Assembly: GCA_016218805.1 (NCBI GenBank)
Contig: JACRCW010000106.1
Location: 1-51,039 of the forward strand
Length of the DNA: 51,039 bases
Reading direction: 5' to 3'
Origin: Deltaproteobacteria bacterium
GTDB taxonomy: Bacteria > Myxococcota > JACRCW01
The translations under genes and the position numbers were made by a program. The notes under the pieces are model-generated. The model did not search any database. It was not told where the DNA came from and saw nothing but the letters and a program-made list of their open reading frames with translations. Below, in pieces: positions 27,075 through 35,323 of this stretch (its first letter is position 1; each line of letters opens with the position of its first letter).

Positions 27075-27814
27075 GGGGGTCACGGGCACGGGTCAGCCCG
27101 GCAGGCCGTACGCCAAGGAGTGGCCGATATCCGGTCACCGGTGTCCGAAAACCGGCAACGCCCGGCCAGGCAGGCGCGGACTACGTGCGATGCGCCCGCT
27201 TGCGTAAGGCTGGCGCGAGGGTTGCTTCGGCGCCCGCCGTGCCGGGCCACGTCAGTACCCGGGCGGGGGCGCGGCCGCGTCTCAAGTACGCCCGGTGGGT
27301 GGGAGCCAGAGCTGCCCCGGCCAGCCGATGAGGAGACCAGTGTTCGTCTAGATCGAACCTTGACGGGTGACGCGTGGGTGAGCCGTGAAACGGAGTCCAT
27401 GCGAGCGTGGTGCGCAGCCGGTTGGTGTCTGTTGGGACCGGTTGGAGTGGATGCAGAGGCCCACCACGTTGACCGGCGCATGACGCAGGCAAAGCCGGCC
27501 CCGGCGAGCGCAGCGGCAGTCCACGGTCAGAATACGCTGCGGACCAACTGGGTCCGTGGAGGGGAACCCCGTTCCCAAACAGCAAGAAGGGATGAAACGA
27601 AAGGACGGATGAAGGAAGGGGAGGCGGCGGGGCCGCGATGAGCAAACGCGAATGGTGACCATGGCGGGGCAGCGGCGCAGCCCCACGCACCCGTCCGCCC
27701 GCCGTCCGCCCAGCTCCACCGACCGAGCACCGACCGGCGCCACGTCCCTGCTGCCCCACGGCGGGTCGCGGCGCCCTACGGCGCCTGACCCGTCCCCACG
27801 GACTCGTGAGCCTT
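27075..27814 (+). ncRNA. Candidate large structured non-coding RNA (~740 nt), family not identified
   Basis: No credible ORF; terminal helices 27080-86/27803-09, 27088-96/27785-93, 27105-10/27777-82; nested helices 27133-39/27654-60, 27160-66/27241-47, 27259-65/27289-95, 27371-77/27397-403, 27666-73/27750-57; C(UUCG)G tetraloop at 27225-30; G-U pairs favour the + strand. Confidence 0.65.
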
Positions 27815-27817
27815 GCC

Positions 27818-28261
27818 TCACTCTTGCATGCGCTCGCGCACGTTCTTGCTGACCTTGATGCGCTGCTCCGGCGTGAGCAGGCTGTGCAGCTCCACGTAGT
27901 AGTCCGCCAGCGTGTGCCCAATGACCCGGGCCGCCTCCACGCGTTCGTCCACCAGGGCGTGCACGCGTGCCGGGTCTGGGCGGTCGCTGTCCCACTGCGT
28001 GAGCAGTTCCGCGCGCGCGGCGCGCCCATCCTCGTGGAAGCGGCGGCCGTCCTTGAGCAGCTCGCCTTTCATCTCCTGCACGCGCGCGCGTTGGGCAGGC
28101 GTGGCCTCCAGGTCGTCCATGACGTCGTTGACGCGCTCGGTGGCCATACGCTCCACGCGTTCGGGGGTCATGTGGCCCAGGCCGCGGTGGTGGCCCCAGG
28201 GGCGGAAGGCAGCCAGCGCCACCACGGCGCCGGCAAGGATCAGGATTCGACGGGTCTTCAT
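27818..28261 (-). CDS. Spy/CpxP (LTXXQ) family periplasmic protein
   Basis: GGAGGA RBS; signal peptide; 'LEATPAQR' and 'LLTPEQR' motifs; helical. Confidence 0.85.
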   Translation of the reverse strand: MKTRRILILAGAVVALAAFRPWGHHRGLGHMTPERVERMATERVNDVMDDLEATPAQRARVQEMKGELLKDGRRFHEDGRAARAELLTQWDSDRPDPARVHALVDERVEAARVIGHTLADYYVELHSLLTPEQRIKVSKNVRERMQE

Positions 28262-28443
28262 GGTGTTCCTCCGGTCCGGCGGGGCATGCGGCGTCCCGGC
28301 GGATGTTCTGTGCGCCGGAATGTGCGCCGCCCGCGTATGGCGCGGTTGAGGTGGCGGTGAAGAAGTGTCAACGCGGCCAGCGTGACGGGTGCACCGCCGC
28401 TGCGCTACATGTCCGCCACGGGATGCGGGACCACGCCACACAC

Positions 28444-29301
28444 ATGTTGACCCGGGCGCGCCTGGCGGCGGCCGCGCTGCTGTTGGCGCAGGGCTGTGCC
28501 TCCGGCGCGCGGCAGCCGGCCACGCGCGCGCCCAGCGCGCAGGCGGCGCAGCAGGCGCAGCGGCTGTTCCGCGTGACCAGCCTGGGCGCGTCACCTGAGG
28601 ATGAGGTGGTGGTCCACCTGTCCGCCATGGAGGCGGTGGAGGTGGCGCAGCGGTGGGGCGGCCTGCGCGTGCCGGTGAACCTGCGCATCCACCCCACGCA
28701 CCAGGGGTTGGAGGAGGCGTCACGCCAGAGCAACGTGCCGTGGATGCGCGGGTGGGCACGGTTTGACGAGGTGGAACTGGAGGCACCCAGCCGCTGGGGC
28801 GGGGACCGTGCGCCGCAGAACGTGACTGAGTTGCTGAGCCACGAACTCACGCACGTGGTCATGTACCAGCGCATTGGCGAGCGGGACACGTGGATGCACG
28901 TGCAGATCCCGCTGTGGTTCCGCGAAGGCATGGCCAGCGTGACCAGCCGGCAGGGCTACCGGCGCATGACGGGTGAGCAATTGGGCACCTGGCTGCGCCA
29001 GCATCCCTCCGACGACCCGTGGCTGCAGGCCGACGCGCTGGCCCACGGTGCGCAGCCGGTGGTCTACGGCGCCGCGCACCGGGCGTTTGAGCGCCTGCTG
29101 GCGGCGCACGGCGACGAGGGCGTGGGGCGGGTCCTGGACGGGCTCCGGGCGGAGTTGGGGTTTGACCGCGCGTTTGCGGACGGCGTGGGCGTGGAGCCGC
29201 AGGCGTTCCTGGCGAACTTCCGGCGGGAGCTGGAGGTTGCTGCGGGCGCGGGGGCCCGCGGACCGGCGGTGGCCGCGCGCGTGCCGGGCCAACAGGGCTG
29301 A
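28444..29301 (+). CDS. Putative zinc metallopeptidase lipoprotein (peptidase MA-like)
   Basis: Lipobox AQG-C; 'LLSHELTHV' HEXXH followed by 'PLWFREGMA'. Confidence 0.82.
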   Translation: MLTRARLAAAALLLAQGCASGARQPATRAPSAQAAQQAQRLFRVTSLGASPEDEVVVHLSAMEAVEVAQRWGGLRVPVNLRIHPTHQGLEEASRQSNVPWMRGWARFDEVELEAPSRWGGDRAPQNVTELLSHELTHVVMYQRIGERDTWMHVQIPLWFREGMASVTSRQGYRRMTGEQLGTWLRQHPSDDPWLQADALAHGAQPVVYGAAHRAFERLLAAHGDEGVGRVLDGLRAELGFDRAFADGVGVEPQAFLANFRRELEVAAGAGARGPAVAARVPGQQG

Positions 29302-29318
29302 CCACCGGAGAGCGCCAC

Positions 29319-32174
29319 ATGGCACAGCTTCGTCGTCGGGAGTTTCTCAAGGGTGCGGGTATTGCGGTGACCACGGCGCCGCTGGCGGCGGCGGGCGGTG
29401 CCGGTGACGGGGCGGCGGGGAGGACGGATGAGCTGCCGGCGGGTCAGCCGGTGGACCTGGCGCTCAGCGTGAACGGTGAGACGCAGCGCGTGCGCGTGCT
29501 CCCGGAGACGCCGCTGGTGGACGCGCTGCGCGAAGGCTGTGCCCGGACCGGGACCAAGCGGAGCTGCGGTCACGGCGCATGCGGTGCGTGCACCGTGCTG
29601 GTGGATGGGACGCCGCGCGTGGCGTGCCTGTCGCTGGCCGTGGATGCGCCGGGGCACGCCATCCGGACGGTGGAGGGCCTGGAAACGGACGGGAAGCTGC
29701 ACCCGGTCCAGCAGGCGTTTGTGGACGCGGATGCGCTGCAGTGCGGCTTCTGCACGCCCGGCATGGTGATGAGCGGCGTGGCGTTCTTTGAGCGGTACCG
29801 CGCCGCGGGCCGCACGGACACCCCCACCGACACCGAAGTGGGCCACGCCATTGCGGGGAACATCTGCCGCTGCGGCGCCCAGCCGGCCATCATGGAGGCC
29901 ATCCGGTGCGCGTGCCTGGGACGCACCGCGGTCCCGCCGGGCATGCGTGACGGCGTACCCGCGGGCGCGCTGCGCCGCCAGGACGCGGTGGACAAGGTCA
30001 CCGGGCGCGCGCGCTACACGGTGGACGTGCAGCTCCCGGGGATGCTCCACGGCGCCATCCTGCGCGCGCCGCACGGACACGCCGTGGTGAAGAAGCTGGA
30101 CCTGGGGCCTGCGCGCAGGATGCCGGGCGTGCGCGCGGTGGTGGAGCTGCTGCCGCGCGCATCGGGCGGCTGGCTCACCGTGCGCTGGGCGGGGATGGAG
30201 GTGGCCGCGGTGGCGGCAGACACGCTGGCGCAGGCGCGGGCCGCGCTGGCGGCGGTGGACGTCCAGTATGATGTGCGCCCGCCCGTGGTGGACAGGGCCG
30301 CGGCGGAACGCCCGGACGCGCCGGTGATCTTCCCGCGCCAGGCCCGCGGGGAGGCCCGCAAGGCCGCTGAGGGCCCGTCCTTCCCGCACCTGCTGTACCG
30401 CTGGGACGGCAACGTGCGCGGTTCCATGATCTGGCCCATTGACCGCGACAACGGCGCGGACGTGCTGGAACAGGTGGCCGCGCAGCCGGTGCGGGTGGAC
30501 CTGGCCGCGGAGACCGCGGTGCAGGTGCACGCCACGCTGGAACCCCACGCGGTCGTCGCGCATTGGGAGGGTGACCGCCTGACGGTGTACGCGTCCACCC
30601 AGACCACGCAGGCGCTGGCGTCGGATGTGGCGGACGCCATGGATATCCCGGTGGCCCAGGTGCGCGTGCTCGCGGAGCACGTGGGGGGAGCGTTTGGCGC
30701 CAAGGCGGGCCTCAAGATGGAAGGGCTGGCCGCGGTCCGCCTGGCGCGCGAAGCCAAGGCCCCCGTGCGCATCGCAGTGCCCGTGGGAGATGACCTCACG
30801 GCCACGGGCAACCGCCCGGGTACGCGGCACCGCATCCGCATCGGCGCCGACGCGGGCGGCCGCCTGCGCGCCATCCACCATGAAGGCCGCAGCTACTGCG
30901 GCGCCGCCGTGGGCGAGTCCTCCACGCGGATGACGGATTCGCTGTACCACGCGGATGCAAGCTACCGCTGGGACGCCAACGTGGTGACGCACTCCGCGCC
31001 GTCCGTGCCCTTCCGTGCGCCGGGGTTTCCGCCCAACGCCTTTGCGCTGGAGCAGGCCGTGGATGAGGTGGCCGCGCAGCTGGGCGTGGACCCGCTCACC
31101 TTGCGCCTCTATCAGGAGCGCAGCCCGCGCCGCGCCGCGGTGCTGCGCCTGGCGCGCGCCAAGTGGGACGGCCCGCCGCTGGACCGCGTGGCCGCGGACC
31201 GCGGGCGGTATGTGCGGGGCGCGGGCGTGGCCACGGCGGACTGGTTTGTGCTTGTGGGCCCGCAGTGCCGCGTGGAGGCGCGCGCCACGCGGGACGGCCA
31301 CCTCACCCTGTCCACCGCCACCCATGACGTGGGGCAGGGCGCGCGCACGGCGCTGGCGTCCCTCGGCGTGGCGGGGCTGGGCCTGCCGCCCGCGCGCGTG
31401 CACGTCCGCATCGGGGACAGCGCGCTGCCACCCGCGCCGGGGACGTTCGGGAGCATTTCCACCAATTCATTTGCGCCGGCCGCGCTGGCCGCACTGGACG
31501 AACTCAAAGACGCCCTGTGGGACGCGGGCGCGCGCCGCCATCCCGGCGCGCGGCGCGTGGAGCGCGGGCTGGTCACCACGGGCGGGCGGTTCCTGCCGTT
31601 CCAGGAGCTGATGGCTGCGCTCCCGGAGGACCCGTACATCGTGCTGGCGCGCCGCCCACCAGACCGCGGTGGCCTCAAGCTGCCGCCGGCGCCGGTGGAC
31701 CGCATCCCGCTGAGTCCCATTGGCATCAGCCAGGACACCACCAACTCCGTGCAGATTGCCGAAGTGGAGGTGGACCGCCGCCTGGGACGCGTGCGCGTGG
31801 TGCGCGTGCTGGCGGTCCTGGACGCGGGCCGCCTGGTGGCCCCCATCACCTCTGCCAGCCAGGTGATGGGCGGCATCATGCAGGGCGTGTCCTTTGCGCT
31901 GTATGAAGGCCGCCGCCTGGACCCCCACACGGGCCGCAACCTCACGCGTTCGCTGGAGAGCTACGCGCTGCTGGGCGCGGCGGACGCGCCGCAGGTGGCG
32001 GTGCACTTCCTGGACCTGCCCACGGAGCACACGCCCCACGGCGGCGCCGGTCTGGGTGAGAACGCCACCATCGCCACTTCCGGCGCGGTGGCCAACGCGG
32101 TGTTCCGCGCCATTGGCCGCCGCGTGCCGCGCACACCGCTGCGTCCCCAAGACGTCCTGGCCGCGCTGGCGTGA
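29319..32174 (+). CDS. Xanthine dehydrogenase/aldehyde oxidoreductase family molybdo-enzyme with fused 2x[2Fe-2S] domain and Tat signal
   Basis: 'LRRREFLK' Tat motif; 'GTKRSCGHGACGACTV', 'QCGFCTPG', 'GNICRC'; 'KVTGRARYT.D', 'GGAFGAK', 'FRAPG', 'DVGQG', 'GLGE'. Confidence 0.93.
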   Translation: MAQLRRREFLKGAGIAVTTAPLAAAGGAGDGAAGRTDELPAGQPVDLALSVNGETQRVRVLPETPLVDALREGCARTGTKRSCGHGACGACTVLVDGTPRVACLSLAVDAPGHAIRTVEGLETDGKLHPVQQAFVDADALQCGFCTPGMVMSGVAFFERYRAAGRTDTPTDTEVGHAIAGNICRCGAQPAIMEAIRCACLGRTAVPPGMRDGVPAGALRRQDAVDKVTGRARYTVDVQLPGMLHGAILRAPHGHAVVKKLDLGPARRMPGVRAVVELLPRASGGWLTVRWAGMEVAAVAADTLAQARAALAAVDVQYDVRPPVVDRAAAERPDAPVIFPRQARGEARKAAEGPSFPHLLYRWDGNVRGSMIWPIDRDNGADVLEQVAAQPVRVDLAAETAVQVHATLEPHAVVAHWEGDRLTVYASTQTTQALASDVADAMDIPVAQVRVLAEHVGGAFGAKAGLKMEGLAAVRLAREAKAPVRIAVPVGDDLTATGNRPGTRHRIRIGADAGGRLRAIHHEGRSYCGAAVGESSTRMTDSLYHADASYRWDANVVTHSAPSVPFRAPGFPPNAFALEQAVDEVAAQLGVDPLTLRLYQERSPRRAAVLRLARAKWDGPPLDRVAADRGRYVRGAGVATADWFVLVGPQCRVEARATRDGHLTLSTATHDVGQGARTALASLGVAGLGLPPARVHVRIGDSALPPAPGTFGSISTNSFAPAALAALDELKDALWDAGARRHPGARRVERGLVTTGGRFLPFQELMAALPEDPYIVLARRPPDRGGLKLPPAPVDRIPLSPIGISQDTTNSVQIAEVEVDRRLGRVRVVRVLAVLDAGRLVAPITSASQVMGGIMQGVSFALYEGRRLDPHTGRNLTRSLESYALLGAADAPQVAVHFLDLPTEHTPHGGAGLGENATIATSGAVANAVFRAIGRRVPRTPLRPQDVLAALA

Positions 32175-32188
32175 TAGGACCCCCGCCC

Positions 32189-32362
32189 ATGCCCCGCCGC
32201 CCGCTCCCGCGCCCGGACCCTGCCACCGACGCCCCGGCGCGCCCCGCCCATCCGCGCGAGCCCACGCGGTGGGAGGCGGACGACGACCAGGTCCTGCCGC
32301 GGCTGGCCCCGGTCCCCGGGCCGTGGAGCGCCACCGACGATGATGATGACGAAGAGGAGTGA
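32189..32362 (+). CDS. Small Pro-rich protein with acidic tail
   Basis: ATG after AGGA; ends DDDDDEEE; fills the gap between convergent genes. Confidence 0.4.
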   Translation: MPRRPLPRPDPATDAPARPAHPREPTRWEADDDQVLPRLAPVPGPWSATDDDDDEEE

Positions 32363-32365
32363 CCC

Positions 32366-32743
32366 TCAGCGCGGGACCAGGTCCACCGTCAGCGGCTGCG
32401 GCACCACGTGGCAGTTGTCCTGCGTCACCACCACGTTTTCGCGCCGCGCCGTGGCGTAGCCGGTGGCGGTGACCTCCACCGTGAACCGCCCCGGCTGCTC
32501 ATACGCACCCGCGTAGGTGCACGGCTCGCCCATCGCCGTGGGGCGGTCTTCGTATCCCTCCCGCGTGGTCAGCACCACGGTGGCGTTGCACACCGGTGCG
32601 TGGCTGAGGGCGTCCTGCACCGTCACCACAATCCCGGCCACCGCCTCCGTGGTGCACAGTTCCGGCTCGGGACAGCCGGTCAGCGCCAGCAGGGCGGTGA
32701 CCACCCGCCGCTGCACCGGTGTTGGGCGTGGGTGACGTCGCAT
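32366..32743 (-). CDS. Small lipoprotein with carboxypeptidase-regulatory/transthyretin-like beta domain
   Basis: Lipobox LTG-C; 'CTTEAVAGIVVTVQD', 'YEQPGRFTVEVTATGY', 'CHV'. Confidence 0.7.
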   Translation of the reverse strand: MRRHPRPTPVQRRVVTALLALTGCPEPELCTTEAVAGIVVTVQDALSHAPVCNATVVLTTREGYEDRPTAMGEPCTYAGAYEQPGRFTVEVTATGYATARRENVVVTQDNCHVVPQPLTVDLVPR

Positions 32744-32827
32744 GGCGCGCACCCTACCAGCGGCGGGGGCGGAGGCAACCCAAGGGCGTTGGCCGCCGCC
32801 ACGTCGTGCTAGCGTCCGGGCCCCGTC

Positions 32828-34459
32828 ATGTACCGCTTCGAGATCTCCGACGGCACCACGCAGAGCCACTATGACCTGCGCGAGGGCGACACCATTGTCG
32901 GCCGCGCCGAGGGCTGCGGCCTGGTGCTGGACAACAAGGGCGTGTCCCGCCAGCACGTGCGGGTGACCGTGGCCGGCAGCCGCGTCCACGTCACGGATCT
33001 GGGCAGCAAGAACGGGATCAAGATCAACGCCGCCCCGGTCACCGGCGGGGCCCTGCACGGCGGGGACAAGGTGGAGGTGGGGCCGTACCTGCTCACGCTG
33101 GAGGAGGTCACGGACGTCGGGTTTGACCTGTCCGAGGACCACGTGGAGGTGGGGCGGACCGCGGAGCGGCGGATTGCGGACATGGCACGGCAGCTGGCGG
33201 TGGTGGCGCCGGCCGGCGGCAGCGGCAGCGGCGGCTGGGGAGACAGCTCGGAGGAGGTCCTCCCCGGGGCGGGCACCGGTGACGCCTCCAGCAGCACGCA
33301 GATGCTCCGCCTGCTCAACCAGGCGGCGTCGTCGCTGACGGGCGGTCCCAACCAGGAGGCGGTGCTCAACCACGTCATGGAGGTGGTGTTTGAGCACATC
33401 CCGGCGGAGCGCGGCTTCCTCATGCTGTGCGAACCCGGCACCGGCAAGCTCATTCCCGCCGCGGTCAAGCACCGCACGCCGCCGCGGGTGCCGGGCCGCA
33501 TCACCATCTCCAAGACCATTGCGCAGCAGGTCATCCGCACGCGCATGGCCGTGATGACGGCGGACGCCGCCACGGACGGGCGGTTTGAATCCCGGCAGTC
33601 CATCATGCTCAACGCCATCCGGTCCTGCATGGTGGCGCCGCTGTGGAACCGCGAGGAGGTCATTGGCGTCATCCACGTGGACACCTCCCAGCAGGGCGTG
33701 ACATTTGACGCCAAGCACCTGGACCTGCTGTGCGCCATGGCCAACTACGCGGCGGTGGCGCTGGAACGCTCACGCCTGCACGCGCGCGCGCAGGAGGAGG
33801 AGAAGAAGCGCGAACGCCTGGGCCGCTACCTCAGCCCGCAGGTCACCCAGCGCATCCTGGCGCAGGAGGACAGCGCGTCCGGGGGCCTGTCCGTCCCGGA
33901 GGTGCGCGAGGTCACCGTGCTGTTCTCCGACCTGGTGGGGTTCACCACCGTGGCGGAGCTCATGCCGCCCGCGGACCTGGCCGCCATGCTCAACGCGTAC
34001 TTCACCGTCATGGCGGAGGTGATCTTCAAGTACGACGGTACCCTGGACAAGTACATTGGTGACGCGATCATGGCGGTGTTTGGGGCGCCGCTGACGCTGG
34101 AGAACCACGCGTTGGCGGCCGTCATGGCGGCCAGTGAAATGCGGCGCGCGCTGGCGCGTTTCAACGCGGAGCATCCGGGGTGGCCGCCGCTGCGCAGCCG
34201 CCTGGGGATCAACAGTGGCCGCGCCATTGCCGGGGAGATCGGCAGCCCCAACAAGCGGGAGTACACGGTGCTGGGTGACACAGTGAACATCGCCAGCCGG
34301 CTGGAGAGCGGCGTGGCGCGGCCCGGGATGCTCGTCATTGGGCCGCTCACGCACCAGTACGTGGGCGGCCACTTCCGGTGCCGGCCGCTGGGCCCCTTGC
34401 CGTTGAAGGGCAAGGCGCAGCAGGTGGAGGCGTTTGAGGTCCTGGAGGATGACGTCTGA
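32828..34459 (+). CDS. FHA-GAF-class III adenylate cyclase
   Basis: FHA 'VGR...VSRQH...DLGSKNG'; GAF 'IRSCMVAPL..IGVIHVD'; cyclase 'FSDLVGFT', 'DKYIGD', 'YTVLGDTVNIASRLE'. Confidence 0.93.
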   Translation: MYRFEISDGTTQSHYDLREGDTIVGRAEGCGLVLDNKGVSRQHVRVTVAGSRVHVTDLGSKNGIKINAAPVTGGALHGGDKVEVGPYLLTLEEVTDVGFDLSEDHVEVGRTAERRIADMARQLAVVAPAGGSGSGGWGDSSEEVLPGAGTGDASSSTQMLRLLNQAASSLTGGPNQEAVLNHVMEVVFEHIPAERGFLMLCEPGTGKLIPAAVKHRTPPRVPGRITISKTIAQQVIRTRMAVMTADAATDGRFESRQSIMLNAIRSCMVAPLWNREEVIGVIHVDTSQQGVTFDAKHLDLLCAMANYAAVALERSRLHARAQEEEKKRERLGRYLSPQVTQRILAQEDSASGGLSVPEVREVTVLFSDLVGFTTVAELMPPADLAAMLNAYFTVMAEVIFKYDGTLDKYIGDAIMAVFGAPLTLENHALAAVMAASEMRRALARFNAEHPGWPPLRSRLGINSGRAIAGEIGSPNKREYTVLGDTVNIASRLESGVARPGMLVIGPLTHQYVGGHFRCRPLGPLPLKGKAQQVEAFEVLEDDV

Positions 34460-34462
34460 AGC

Positions 34463-35134
34463 TCACGCCAGGCGCCAGTCCACGACGGGAAGTCCCACGC
34501 GCTGCAGCGCGGCGTTGACGGCGCTGAACGGCCGGCTGCCCAAAAACCCCTGGTGCGCGGACAGCGGCGAAGGATGCGGTGCGGTGAGCACAGCGTGGCG
34601 CGCGGGGTCCAGCAGCGCGGCCTTTTTCTGCGCGGGCAGGCCCCACAGCACAAACACCCGCGCGGGGGCCAGCGCTGCCACCACGCGCACCACCTCGTCC
34701 GTGAGCACCTCCCAGCCCTGGCCGCGGTGGCTGTGGGGGGCGCCCTCGCGGACGGTGAGCACGGTATTGAGCAGCAGCACGCCCTGGCGCGCCCACGCCG
34801 TGAGCTCCCCGTCCCCCGGCGGCGCCAATCCGGTGTCCGCCTCCAGCTCCTTGAGGATGTTGCGCAGCGACGGTGGTGCCTTCACGCCGCGGCGGACGGA
34901 GAACGCCAGTCCGTGCGCCTGTCCTGCGCCGTGGTACGGGTCCTGCCCCAGGATGACCACGCGCACGGCTTCCGGGGCCACGTGCTCCAGCGCGGCAAAC
35001 ACCTCCGGCGCCGCCGGGAACACCGCATGGCGTGCGCGCTCCCCGTCCACAAACGCACACAACCGTTGGAACGCGGGCGTGTCCGTGACGGGGCGGAGTG
35101 CGCCCTGCCAGGCGGGGGGGATGTGCTGACGCAT
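34463..35134 (-). CDS. ung: Uracil-DNA glycosylase family 1
   Basis: 'ILGQDPYH', 'PPSLRNI', 'GVLLLN', 'HPSPLS'. Confidence 0.97.
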   Translation of the reverse strand: MRQHIPPAWQGALRPVTDTPAFQRLCAFVDGERARHAVFPAAPEVFAALEHVAPEAVRVVILGQDPYHGAGQAHGLAFSVRRGVKAPPSLRNILKELEADTGLAPPGDGELTAWARQGVLLLNTVLTVREGAPHSHRGQGWEVLTDEVVRVVAALAPARVFVLWGLPAQKKAALLDPARHAVLTAPHPSPLSAHQGFLGSRPFSAVNAALQRVGLPVVDWRLA

Positions 35135-35323
35135 GGCGCCCCATAGCGCGGGTCCCGCACCTGGCCCAGGTCCCCGCGCGCCCTCGCCTGTTGCTGCCGG
35201 TGCTCCGCCCAGCGGCGCGGGCGGTGACCCAGCTCAGCCCCAAGTGCGCAGGCGGTAGTCCTCGTCGCGGTCACCGGCCGGGGTTGCAGCCGGCCCTGGA
35301 ACACGGGCGCGGTTCCCTCGCCG

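Noticed and set aside
27171..27400. Group I/II intron or hammerhead-like fragments (GGACTA, GTGCG, CCGATGAG...GAAAC)
   Set aside because: No group II domain V, no group I P/Q/S elements in order, the hammerhead core CUGAUGA is not intact, and no interrupted host gene or RT is present
27075..27814. RNase P, tmRNA, SRP or 6S identity for the candidate RNA
   Set aside because: GAGGAAAGUCC, tRNA-like ends with CCA and the SRP domain IV motif were not found by eye on either strand; length is too great for 6S
27080..28029. Several ORFs across the 27.0-27.8 kb gap (27120-27641+, 27080-27481-, 27181-28029-, 27348-27995-)
   Set aside because: Arg/Pro/Ala-rich shadow-type translations with no RBS, no motifs and no host codon bias
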